Below, one piece after another: positions 1-8,971 of a stretch of DNA of 32,000 nt. The stretch comes from Micromonas pusilla (taxonomy: Eukaryota). Made by a program: the position numbers and the translations under genes. The DNA lies in contig GG663738.1 in the NCBI GenBank assembly GCA_000151265.1, forward strand, positions 401,264 to 433,263, written 5' to 3'. The notes under the pieces are model-generated. The model saw nothing but the letters and a program-made list of their open reading frames with translations, was not told where the DNA came from and did not search any database. Numbering within the stretch: the stretch's first letter is position 1; every line of letters starts with the position of its first letter.

Positions 1-1
1 G

Positions 2-673
2 TCGCCGCTGCTCACGGCGGCGGTCGCCGCGGCGGCCGCGCGCGGAGACGCCGCGCCGTCGCCCGGGACGCCGCCGCGATTCGAAGACGGCGGCGGCGGC
101 GGCGGCGGGAGCGGGAGCGGGAGCGGCGGGAGCGGCGGGAGCGGCGGGAGCGGCGGAAACGCCGCCGCGACGCGTCGTCGCGCCGACCCCGTCGCGAAGG
201 CGGGCGCGGAGCACGTCGGGGTGTTACAGAAAGAGTTCGACACGCGCACGCGCGTGTTCGAGGACGACGCGGACTTCATCGTCGAAGTCAAAGAAGGCGT
301 CTCGGACGCGGACCTCGATCCGGATTTCGAGCTCAAGTCTCTCGGCGCGCGGTTCGAGAATTGGAAAAAAGATTTCAAGGACCGCCTCAAGGAGACCCGG
401 GCGATGCTGAAGAAGCTCGAGCGGTTCGACGACTTTGGGGACGACGCGCACGGCCACGGCGACGGTGACGTCAACACCGGCGCCAACGCGCCGCGCGCGG
501 GTCCGGCGCCGAACGACGAGAACGCCGGGTTCGAGTTCGTGCCGTGGGAGGTGGCTCGAAAGCAGACGGGAAAACGCGCGGCGGGCGCGGGCGACGCCGC
601 GGGCGCCGGCGCGGGCGCGGAGAAGAAGCGAGGCTGGGGGTTCAAGCGCGCACTCGGGCTGAAGAAGCGCTGA
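2..673 (+). CDS. 3' end of a gene entering from upstream; C-terminal tail resembling plant class VIII myosin tails (partial)
   Basis: Frame 2 is open from nt 2 to TGA 671-673, so the track's GTG at 221 is internal. (GGC)n/(GGGAGC)n at ~88-170 encodes a Gly/Ser linker. The tail VLQKEFDTRTRVFEDDADFIVEVKEG...ELKSLGARFENWKKDFKDRLKETRAMLKKL matches, from memory, the conserved C-terminus of myosin VIII. No motor domain lies in the window. Confidence 0.5.
   Translation, partial: SPLLTAAVAAAAARGDAAPSPGTPPRFEDGGGGGGGSGSGSGGSGGSGGSGGNAAATRRRADPVAKAGAEHVGVLQKEFDTRTRVFEDDADFIVEVKEGVSDADLDPDFELKSLGARFENWKKDFKDRLKETRAMLKKLERFDDFGDDAHGHGDGDVNTGANAPRAGPAPNDENAGFEFVPWEVARKQTGKRAAGAGDAAGAGAGAEKKRGWGFKRALGLKKR
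62..170 (+). repeat. (GGC)n and (GGGAGC/GGCGGGAGC)n simple repeats (coding)
   Basis: Direct reading: ggcggcggcggcggcggcgggagcgggagcgggagcggcgggagcggcgggagcggcgggagcggcgga. Confidence 0.9.
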
Positions 674-745
674 CTGACTTGAACTGCGCGAATCGTTTAA
701 TTGTTTTGATCGTGTTGATAACCTTAAAGGAGTCGCTGACTCGTC

Positions 746-1759
746 TCACTTGCACACGACGCTGCTCACCATAAATCCGGTTTGCACGCGTTCGCAGTTT
801 TTTATCTTAATCAGCTCGATGTCGAACACCTCCCACTGCTTGCTGCTGAAGAACGTCGCGGGCCCGACCGGGGGCCCCAACTCCGGGGGAACCACGACCC
901 TTCGCTTCCCACCCTCGCGCATCCCTTTCAACCCCTCCTCGAACCCGGGAATCATGCCGTTGATCCCGAGGCGCGTGCTCGCCGGCGCGTTTTTTCGATA
1001 GGTCGAGTCGATCGTCCCGCCGTTTTCGTTGTAGGCGATGTAATCGAACGTCACCTCCTGCCCATCCTTCGGCAGCTCACCGGTGCCGAGCTGAAAGTCC
1101 TTGTACACTAAGCCGTCCTCTTGTGTCACGAACCCCGGAGGCGTGATGACGCGGACGTCGTACCCCTCGCGCACGAACGTCGGGAAGTCCACCGGCGCGT
1201 TGTTGTACTGCTTGATCTTCAGGTTGTTATCGATCGCCTTCTGTTCCAACTCGGTCAGGCCCTTCTCTTCGCGGTCCTGGATCTTCGCCTTCGCGGCGGC
1301 GATGTCCGGGGCGGCGCCGACGGCGACGTCCTCGTACGAAATCTCCACGATCTCGGGCTCGTCCTCCTCCGCGGACGAGGACGACGACGCGGACGCGGAC
1401 GCGGACTCGGGAGGAGAAGACTCGGAGACGACGACAGCGGCGGTCTCGCCGTCCGCCGCGAACGCGCCCGCGGCGTCCTCCGCGGCGGCCATCGCCGCGC
1501 GCGTCGGGGAGAGCGTCATCGCGAGCGCGGCGGCCGCGGCGACGGCGACGCCGGCGACGCGCGCGGACGCGCTCGGCGACGCGACGGGCGCCGACGTCGA
1601 CGCGGACGTCGACGTCGACGCCGACGACGACGAATCTGCCGCCGCCGCGACGCGCGCGGAAGGTCGCGCGCACGCGACCGCGCCGCGCGCGTTCGCGCCG
1701 GCGACGGCCGCGCGACGCGTCGTAGCGATCGACGGAACGTGCGCGGCGATGCACGACAT
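746..1759 (-). CDS. FKBP-type peptidyl-prolyl cis-trans isomerase, plastid/thylakoid-lumen type
   Basis: This lies within ORF 746..1957. The ATG at 1757-1759 (minus) gives MSCIAAHVPSIATTRRAAV..., a Ser/Ala/Arg-rich transit-like leader. A hydrophobic stretch ending AMA follows. The C-terminal ~110 aa is a clear FKBP fold: GLVYKDFQLGTGELPKDGQEVTFDYIAYNENGGTIDSTY..GINGMIPGFEEGLKGMREGGKRRVVVPPELG..EVFDIELIKI. Confidence 0.85.
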   Translation of the reverse strand: MSCIAAHVPSIATTRRAAVAGANARGAVACARPSARVAAAADSSSSASTSTSASTSAPVASPSASARVAGVAVAAAAALAMTLSPTRAAMAAAEDAAGAFAADGETAAVVVSESSPPESASASASSSSSAEEDEPEIVEISYEDVAVGAAPDIAAAKAKIQDREEKGLTELEQKAIDNNLKIKQYNNAPVDFPTFVREGYDVRVITPPGFVTQEDGLVYKDFQLGTGELPKDGQEVTFDYIAYNENGGTIDSTYRKNAPASTRLGINGMIPGFEEGLKGMREGGKRRVVVPPELGPPVGPATFFSSKQWEVFDIELIKIKNCERVQTGFMVSSVVCK

Positions 1760-1933
1760 CGCGCGTGCGTGCGCGGACGACCGGAGGCGCGCGACGCAGT
1801 GACGACGGCGCGGATAGCGGCGGACCCGAGACCTGTCAGGAGAGCCAGGCTGGTGCCAGTTTCTCGACGGCCGCGAAATCTCGCCGCTCTCCAGTTCGTC
1901 CGCGCGCGCGGGCGACTCCACCCGCCGCGAGCG
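1760..1933. promoter_or_regulatory. short shared intergenic region between divergent FKBP and zinc-finger genes (putative bidirectional promoter)
   Basis: 174 bp lie between the two opposed start codons. No motif was identified; this is inferred from gene arrangement only. Confidence 0.3.
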
Positions 1934-4251
1934 ATGGCCGCCGCGGGGGCGATCCACGCGCTCAGGGCGGAGCTCACGACGCTGATCGCGACGCTGCCGG
2001 AGACGCTGCGATCGTGCCGAGCGGAGACGCTCGCGAACGACGTCGCGCCCATCTTCGAGGCGGACGACTACGACAGGTGCGCGCGCGACATATCAGGACG
2101 AGGCGACGCGGACGCGCGCGCGCGATTTCCTCCGCTCCGCCCGCGGCGTCGACCGCCGCCCGCGCGGGTTATGAAACGCACGATCACGCTGCGTTCTCGT
2201 GCCAGGATCTCTCGCGTCCGCGCGCGCCGCCTCGCGCGCTCGAACGACCCGCGAGGGCGCCCTCGTCGCCCGCATCCCTAGATTCGCCCTACTCGGAGCC
2301 TCCCAGCCCGTCGCGGCTTCGAAACCAACCGACGCGAAACTAACGTCCCGACCGCCGCCCGCCGCCTCGCCCGCCCCAACAACCCCTCTCGCAGGACCCC
2401 GAACGTGGAGCCGGAACACTTCGAGTTCCAAGACACGTGGACGCACCTCGTCGCCGCGCTCCGCGATCCGTGGCAGACCTCCGACGAGGCGCGCGCGGAG
2501 CTCGAGCGCACGTCCGCGGCGTCGGAGGAGACCTTCCGAGACGCCGCCGGCGACGACGCCCGCGAACGCGCCGCCGCGAGCGCGTCGCGTCGACTCGACG
2601 TCGACGAGGGGATCCACCGTCCGTTGGGGACGGGTCTCGCCGCGTGCCAGGGATGCGGCCGCGTGCTGCTCGCGGAGGCGTTGGCGGCGCACAGGAGGGA
2701 CGCGTGCGTCGTCGCGAGGGAGGCGTTGGGGACGAGCGGCGTCGCCGCCGCGCTCGGCGGGGTGTTCGCGGCGGTTTCTGGGGAAGGTGAGACTGCTTCC
2801 CATACGACCCCGTTCGCGTGGTGAACGCCGTTCCTTAAGGACTTTTCCCGTCGTCACTCTTCACCCGCGCTTCCCTTTCAACGTTTGACCGGTGAGACGT
2901 TCGACTGACCGATCGCTTCACCCACGCAGGACGCGAACGGGGCGGCGACGCTTCCGCGGCGGCGGCGAGCGGGGTCGGGGCGGCGGCGTCGCCGGGGAAG
3001 AAAGCGAAGAATTCTTCGCGACGGACGTCGATGAACGTCAACGACCTGGTTGCGAAGAAGGCGCGCGCGGGCGCGCCCACGGGCGTCGGCGCGGATGGCG
3101 CCATCGTAGACGCGTCCGTCGCGTTCACGAAGAGCGGCAAGCTGACGAAACGCGCGCAGCGCGCCGCGGCGGCGGCGACGGCGGCGCGCGCCGCCGCACA
3201 GGCCGCCGCGGCGGGCGGCGTCGCCGCGCCGCCGCCGCACGTCGCCGCCGCTGCGATGCACGCCGGCATCTCGATGGGGATGGGGATGGGAATGGGAATG
3301 GGGATGGGGATGGGGATGCCGCCGCCCGGGATGGTGGATCCGTCGCCGTCGCTCGCGCCGCCCGCGCCCGCGTACCCGTTCGCGCTCGGCGGGATGGACC
3401 CGTCGCGGCGCGCGCAGACGCTGACGCGCCTGCGGGAAGTGCATCAGCAGTACCGCTACCAGATCGACGTCGTCAACGCGCGCGTCACGGTGGCGAACGC
3501 GGCGAGGGAAACGTCGATGTCGACGCCCGGCGGGCGGTCGCGGCTGACGGCGTCGTTCCCGCCCGCCGTCGACGAGGAGGAGCTCCTCGACGCGTTGCGA
3601 AGAGAGGCGACGCACGTCGCGCAGATGATCGCGCAGCTCGCGGCGCCGACGCACCCCGGATGGGACGCAAACGTGGGCGTCGCGGGCGGCGCGGAGGGCG
3701 TGTACGCGTACGGAGGACTTCGAGCGCCGCCGGGGGGGCAGGGCGGCGGCGGAAACGGCGGGGATCGAACCGGCGGCGCGGTCCACCCCGCGGTGGCGGC
3801 GGCGCTCGAAGTCGCGGACCGGCAGGCGAAGAATAAAATTTTGCACTCCATCTTCGGGAAGCGGAAGCGCGGGAGCGCGGCGTCGCCGACGATGAGCGCC
3901 GGCGGCGGGGATGGCGGCGGCGGCGGCGTCGGCGGCGGGTCCCCGGGCGGCTCCGCGAAGAAGCGCGCGACGAAGGCTGCGATCGCGGTCGCGTCCGCGG
4001 CGGCGGCGATGCACGCGACGCCGCAGCGCGCGACGGCGAGCGCGAACGGGTTCGCGCTCGTGGCCCCGCTCGCGGCGACGTACGACCCGCGAAAGGCGCG
4101 GGAGTTGAGACAACGCGCGCTGTACGCGGCGATGTTTCACGGCACCGGGGAGGAGCTCGCGAAGACGATCCAGCCCCACGTCGTGCCCGCGGCGGTGTAC
4201 CTCAACGGAGGGAGGAACGTCGTGCAGGGGTACCCGACGGCGGCGAACTGA
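1934..4251 (+). CDS. three-exon gene (618 aa): hypothetical protein with Sgf11-type C2HC zinc-finger motif and long low-complexity tail
   Basis: Exons are 1934..2076, 2395..2786 and 2930..4251. Hand-checked phases are 143 nt (leaves 2) +1, and 392 nt (leaves 1) +2, giving 1857 nt = 619 codons ending in TGA 4249-4251. Donors are CAG|GTGCGC and AAG|GTGAGA, and both acceptors are CAG. Exon 2 contains CQGCGRVLLAEALAAHRRDAC. Exon 3 contains (MG)n, poly-Ala/Gly tracts and a conserved-looking C-terminus. Confidence 0.7.
2077..2394 (+). other. spliceosomal intron 1 (318 nt, GT-AG) of the zinc-finger gene
   Basis: GTGCGC donor; AAACTAAC branch-like site ~50 nt before a C-rich tract and the CAG acceptor. 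Read-through of exon 1 gives only Arg/Pro-rich junk ending at 2281. Confidence 0.65.
2787..2929 (+). other. spliceosomal intron 2 (143 nt, GT-AG) of the zinc-finger gene
   Basis: GTGAGA donor; CGACTGACC branch-like site ~25 nt before the CAG acceptor. The phase (1+2) joins the 2405 ORF frame to the 3031 ORF frame, which stays open upstream to 2930. Confidence 0.7.
3274..3318 (+). repeat. (ATGGGR)7.5 hexanucleotide microsatellite, in frame, encoding (Met-Gly)n
   Basis: Direct reading: atggggatggggatgggaatgggaatggggatggggatggggatg, translated as GISMGMGMGMGMGMGMGMPPPGM. Confidence 0.95.
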
Positions 4252-4436
4252 GCCGATCCGGACGGGAGGGTTTTTAGAAACTACTTTCCTTCAAAACTTA
4301 GACGAGTCCATAGGACTAGGGACGCGTAAACGACGCTAGGGACGATGTACTTGTAACGAAACGCGAGCGAGATTCGATTCGGACGAACGAACGACGGTCA
4401 CACGACGCACGCACTGTGTCTACTACGATGCTACGA

Positions 4437-5751
4437 CTACGCCCTCTTGAGCTCGTCGACGAGCTTCCGGAACCGTTCGAACCGGCGCTTGTACTCCTTG
4501 TGCGGATTTTGCGAGTTGTCGTACGACTCCGCGCCTTCGCCGCAGTTCGCGCACTCGGCGTCCCAGTCGTCGCCGAGCCACCACGGCGAGCCGCACTCTA
4601 AGCACGGCATCTTCGGCCAGTAGTGCCCGGTACCCTCGGGGAACTGCTTCACGTCGACCCCTCGCGGCGGCGCGACGAATGCGTCCGGGCGGACGATCCC
4701 GACTTTCCCGCCGAAGCCCAGGTTCGACGTCCCAAACGGCTTCGGTCTCAACGTCGTCGCCGCGGGCGTTTCATTCGCGCTTCGACCCTCCGCCGCTTCA
4801 ACCGCCGCGTCTTTCGCGACGACCGAAGGCCCGAGCCCGCCCCAGCCGTGCCGCGCCATCGCCGCGGTCGCCATCGCCGCGGACCCGCGGACGCCTCTGA
4901 CGACCACGCCCAACGACGCCAGGTGCTCCGTCTGTTCCGGCCACGGCGCGAAGCACAGCCCGCCGCCGGTCGCCGACGCCGACGCGGACGCCGACGCCGA
5001 CGCCGACTCCTCCTCTGGGGTGAGCACGCACGCGTCCAGCGCCGCGCGGATCGCGTCCGGGTTCATCTCGCGATCGCCCTCGAAGACGATCTCCTGCCGC
5101 CGGTCCCCCGGGTACGCCGCGGAGAAGCCCCCGTCCGGCGCGGCGGCGGCGGCGGCCGTCGTCGTCGTCGTCGTCGTCTTCGCCCCGCCGCCGGGCGCCG
5201 ACGACGACGGCGCGTCCCAGTCGCCGACGCACGTCACGAGCACGCGCCCGGGCGACGCCGCGTCCGGCGTGGACCACGTGCCGCGAACGAACGGGCGGTT
5301 CGAGAGCCAAACCGCGCCCGCGGAGGTCTTCACGCCGCGGAAAGGGCCGGCGGGGACGGTCGGTTCGGACGTCGACGGCGACGGCGACGGCGACGACGTT
5401 GACGGGCCTTCTCCGGACGCGAGGAGGAGCCGCGAGAGAATCTCCGCGGCGGCGACGGCGGCGGCGGAAGCGGCGGCCGCGGCCGCCGTCGCGCTCGTCG
5501 CGACCGCGACGGCGGCGGTCGTCGCCGCGCTCGCGTCGTCGATTCGCCACCGCGACGAGACCGACTCCGCCGCTCGCGCCGCCGCCGCCGCCGCCGCCGC
5601 GGACTCGACCAACGCGCTCGCGTCGATCCCCTTCTTCCCAACGCCGCCGCAAGCGTCGGCGGCGGTCTCTAGCTCGAAGTGCGCGCGAAGACACGCGGCG
5701 AACCGCCCGGGGTGGAACGGTCTCTTCGCGACGTAAATCACCGGAGGCGGC

Positions 5752-5795
<44 letters not shown>

Positions 5796-6347
5796 CCGTC
5801 GTCCGCTCGTCGTCTCCGGCGACGGCGGCGTCGTCGCGATCGTCCGCTCGCCGGTCGGCGTCTCCGGCGACGCGGGCGCCTCGACGGCGTCGCGCGCCGC
5901 CTTCGCCGCCTCCGCCGCCGCGGCCAATATCGCCGCCTCCGCCGCCTCCGTGACCGACTCTGCCTTCTGTTCAATCTGCTTCGACGCGCGGTCGTGCTCG
6001 AACGCGACGCGTGAGTAGAAAACCGGCGCGCCGTCGGCGAGCCAGTCCGGGGCGCCTTCGATGCCGTCCTCGCGCTCAATCGCGCGCACGGCGTCCGCGA
6101 GGAGCGTCGCCAACGGCGCGGCGGCGCCGCTTCCGCTTCCGCCGCCGCCGCCGCCGTCTCCATCTCCGTCGTGGATGAATCGCTCCTCGACGAAGTTCCC
6201 GCGCGGCAGCGCCCCCCCCAACGCGTTCCTCGCGTCTTCCGCCTTCCCCCGCGCGCACACGACGTCCACGTCCGTCGCGGACAGCTCGTCGCGGACCGCG
6301 CCGTTCGGGATCCTGTGCGGATGCCGCGCGACGCACAAGCGGACGAC

Positions 6348-6382
<35 letters not shown>

Positions 6383-6911
6383 GCTCCCCAGCCGTCGCGC
6401 CAGCGACGAGCTTGAACATCACAGCCGCGTCTATCCCGTCCGCGGCGACGACCGCGTCGCTCACGTTGAGCTTCTGCAGGACGCGGTTGATGGGCTTCGC
6501 GACGCGTCCCGGGTGCGCGGACGACAGCTCGTTCGCGAGCTCGTGCTTGAGTGGGGCGTAGTCGAGGACGAACAGCGTCTCGGTCGCGGTGCGAGCGAAC
6601 AGCTCCGTCGCGCATCGCGACGCGGCGACGACGCCGTCGAACGGCGACGACGGCGCCGCCGGGCGCGGCGGGCGCGGCGCGCCCAGCGTCGTGCGCCCCG
6701 GCGCGAGCTCGATCGCGGGCGCGTCGTCGTCGCCGCCGCCGGCGCCGCCGCCGCGCGCGTCGCCGCCGCCTTCGCCGCCGACGATGACGACGACCGCGCG
6801 CTCGGCGTTGAATCGCGGCTTGTAGGGCCGCCCGCGCGTGATGGCCCAGACGCGCGCTTCCACGAACGCGTCGGCGGATGCGTTGCGTCGCTCCGCAGCC
6901 TTGCGACTCAT
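4437..6911 (-). CDS. CobW C-terminal-domain (COG0523-like) protein lacking an obvious P-loop GTPase domain, with a C-terminal CxxC...CxxC zinc-ribbon-like motif
   Basis: This lies within ORF 4437..7190. The ATG at 6909-6911 (MSRKAAERRNA...) avoids overlap with the LYAR gene. CobW_C signatures are VIYVAKRPFHPGRFAACL, GVKTSAGAVWLSNRPFVRGTWS and YPGDRRQEIVFEGDREMNPDAIRAALDACVLTPEE. No GxxGxGKT motif was seen. The C-terminus reads PCLECGSPWWLGDDWDAECANCG. Confidence 0.7.
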
Positions 6912-7141
6912 CTCGCGGAGGCGCGGCGCCGCGCGCGGGCGTGCGCGAGGCGAGGCTCCTCTCGCGCGCGGGAGAATGCGGTCTCGGGAGCGCCGCGGCG
7001 CGGCGTGGCGTGGTGCCGAGAAAAATTCCCGTCCGTCGGCGCCGCCAAACGTGATCGTGAAAACCGATACTCGCGGCGCGACGCGCGCGCACTCTCCACG
7101 CGCGCCGCCGCGCGACTTCGCCCGCGCGCGATACGCGAGCG
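6912..7141. promoter_or_regulatory. putative bidirectional promoter (CobW_C gene / LYAR gene)
   Basis: 230 bp lie between divergent ATGs. This is inferred from arrangement only. Confidence 0.3.
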
Positions 7142-7828
7142 ATGCCGTGGTTCCAGTGCGAGGACTGCGGCGACACGCTGAAGAAGCCAAAGGTCAAAGG
7201 CCACGCGTCGGGATGCAGCGCGTCGCGATTCTCGTGCGTCGATTGCCTCCAAGTCTTCGATAGATGGAGCGTGCAGCAACACACGTCGTGCGTGACCGAG
7301 CACGAGAAGTACGCGCTCTCGATCACGAAACCCGGGCAGGAACACTTGATGCACGCCTCCGCGGCGGCGAGCGGCGGCGGCGGCGGCGGCGGCGCGGGCG
7401 GCGGCGGGAACGGCGGCGGCGTCGTCGGCGAGTCCTTTCTCGCGACGAAACCGCCGTGGGATTGCGCGTGCTGCCGCGTGAAGTGCACGTCCCAGGAGAC
7501 GTTGCTGGGGCACGCCGCGGGGAAGAGGCACAGGAGTAAGGCGAGAGGCGCGCTCGCGAAGCAAGGGTTGGGGTTGGACGGGAAGCCGTTGCCGGTCGAG
7601 GGTGGGGACGACGGCGCGGGGAAGGGCGGCGGCGGCGGCGGCGGCGAGGCGGAGGAGGAGGAGAAGGAGGCGCCCGTCGAGGAGAAGAGAGAGAAGAAAG
7701 AGAAGAGAGAGAAGAAAGAGAAGAAGGAGAAGAAGGAGAAGAAGGAGAAGAAAGAGAAGAAGGAGAAGCGCGACCGGGGCGGGGACGCGGAGGAGAAGAA
7801 AGAGAAGAAGCGGAAGAAGGAGAAGTGA
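7142..7828 (+). CDS. LYAR: LYAR-type C2HC zinc-finger nucleolar protein with U1/matrin-type C2H2 finger and Lys/Glu-rich tail
   Basis: MPWFQCEDCGDTLKKPKVKGHASGCSASRFSCVDCLQVFDRWSVQQHTSCVTEHEKYA aligns with the LYAR N-terminus (MVFFTCNACGESVKK..CIDCGKDF..H.KCISE..KY). A second finger reads WDCACCRVKCTSQETLLGHAAGKRHRSKA. The tail is EKREKKEKREKKEKKEKKEKKEK. Confidence 0.85.
   Translation: MPWFQCEDCGDTLKKPKVKGHASGCSASRFSCVDCLQVFDRWSVQQHTSCVTEHEKYALSITKPGQEHLMHASAAASGGGGGGGAGGGGNGGGVVGESFLATKPPWDCACCRVKCTSQETLLGHAAGKRHRSKARGALAKQGLGLDGKPLPVEGGDDGAGKGGGGGGGEAEEEEKEAPVEEKREKKEKREKKEKKEKKEKKEKKEKKEKRDRGGDAEEKKEKKRKKEK
7675..7826 (+). repeat. purine-rich (GAGAAGAAR)n coding repeat (KEKKEK tail of LYAR)
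   Basis: Direct reading of repeated gagaagaaagagaagaag units. Confidence 0.85.
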
Positions 7829-7952
7829 CGCGTCGCTCGACGCAAAGGACGACGCGACGACTGAAGCAAAAGTACAGAAAAGGGACGTCTAACCCGGGGG
7901 CGTGGAGGTAGGTGATCGTATCGTTAGTCTAGCAGGTCGTGTAGTTCTCGCG

Positions 7953-8696
7953 TTAGCTCAAGCTCTCGGTCATGCTCTCGTCCTCGTCGAAACTTTCGAA
8001 ATTTTGCGTGTTCGTCTGCGTCGCCGCGAGCTCGGCCTCGAGTCCGGTCATCCAATATACGGACCTATTGCAGCCGAGCTCCACCGCGACGCGGAACCAC
8101 TTCAGCGCCTCTTTTTTGTTCAGTGCCACGCCGGTGGGTGGGCGGACGTTCCTGAGGTAGACGTTCCCGAGATAGTATGCGGCATCTTTTGAACCCAGCT
8201 CCACCGCCTTGACGTGCAGCTCCATACCCTTCGTTTCATTTACCTTCACGCCGAGGCCGAGCTCGTAGCTCGTAGCGAGGCAGTGGGTCGCGTCGGCGTG
8301 CCCACGCTCTGACGCTCTTTCCCACAACTCGAAAGCCTTCGTGTGGTCTTGCTTCACGCCGTTGTAGTCGCTCGATAAGCCCCCGATAAACTGCATGCCA
8401 TGGTAGCAATGTGCTATCACGTACATGGCGCCGACGTCTCCACGATCAGCACCCAAACGCCACCAGATGATCGCATGCGCACGCGGTCCACAGTTGTAAA
8501 GCCGTTCACCGCGCTTGAACAACGCGCGCAGAGAGCCCCCAGGCAACGACGCGTCAGACTTTTCCGCGTCCCTCCACACCTTGCTCACCTGGGCGAGCGC
8601 GACGCGGTCTCGCGGGTCGTCCCCGAGGTGCGAGAACACGACGGCCGCGACGTTCTCGGGGATGCCGTTGAACCCGGAGCTCGAACGCGTCCGCAT
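7953..8696 (-). CDS. F-box-like / Sel1-like-repeat (SLR) protein, paralogue A
   Basis: This lies within ORF 7953..8804. The ATG at 8694-8696 is preferred because its 5' leader is homologous to that of paralogue B. The alternative start is 8804. The F-box-like segment is IPENVAAVVFSHLGDDPRDRVALAQVSKVWRDAEKSDASLPGG. About 5 Sel1 repeats follow (GDVGAMYVIAHCYHG, AFELWERASERGHADATHCLATSYELGLGV, KAVELGSKDAAYYLGNVY, ALKWFRVAVELG). Confidence 0.8.
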   Translation of the reverse strand: MRTRSSSGFNGIPENVAAVVFSHLGDDPRDRVALAQVSKVWRDAEKSDASLPGGSLRALFKRGERLYNCGPRAHAIIWWRLGADRGDVGAMYVIAHCYHGMQFIGGLSSDYNGVKQDHTKAFELWERASERGHADATHCLATSYELGLGVKVNETKGMELHVKAVELGSKDAAYYLGNVYLRNVRPPTGVALNKKEALKWFRVAVELGCNRSVYWMTGLEAELAATQTNTQNFESFDEDESMTESLS

Positions 8697-8971
8697 GGCT
8701 TGGATCTGAGCGTGCGGCGGCGTGGGCGCGCGCGAGGAAAAGCGTCGTGGCTCGAGAGAAAGTCGAAGGGACACAAACCGACCGACCGACCGCGACCGCG
8801 ACACCTGTCCGCAAAAGTCACCAAAGCACCCTCCCCGACCAGAGTCCCGTCGCGCGCGCGAAGGACCTCACGCGCACGGCCGAGGACGCCGCGAGCGCGC
8901 GACCTCGCCTCTTTTGAGCCCGCGCGCGCGCGCGCGTCTCCGCGACCGCGGCCGGACGTCCGCCCGTCGCC
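8697..8971. promoter_or_regulatory. putative bidirectional promoter (Sel1-A / EF-hand gene)
   Basis: 275 bp lie between divergent ATGs. The first ~40 nt next to 8696 are shared with the paralogue B leader. Confidence 0.3.

Noticed and set aside
1760-1957. Upstream-most starts of the track ORFs (1957, 7190, 8804, 20437, 22512, 26658, 30045)
   Set aside because: The extensions translate to Arg/Pro-rich sequence. They overlap neighbouring genes or promoters, or begin at non-ATG codons. Internal ATGs give products that begin with sensible leaders or conserved N-termini. The starts at 8804 and 26658 remain possible alternatives.
2077-2281. Read-through of exon 1 as a single 386-aa ORF (1121..2281)
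   Set aside because: Downstream of the GTGCGC donor the frame becomes Arg/Pro junk. The spliced model joins three coding-looking segments in phase.
2878-4179. 433-aa minus ORF and 314-aa plus ORF over exon 3 of the zinc-finger gene
   Set aside because: They are Arg/Gly-rich alternative frames. The chosen frame is the only one linked by in-phase splice sites.
5750-5800. (GTC)n / poly-Asp tract and other homopolymeric amino-acid runs (poly-Thr, poly-Ala, poly-Pro) in the CobW_C gene as separate features
   Set aside because: These are ordinary low-complexity coding tracts in a GC-rich genome and are not individually informative.
6076-7869. 597-aa minus-strand ORF spanning the LYAR gene and the CobW_C gene 5' end
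   Set aside because: It crosses a divergent promoter and overlaps two well-supported genes. Its translation is poly-Arg or FFS repeats, mirroring the KEKKEK repeat.
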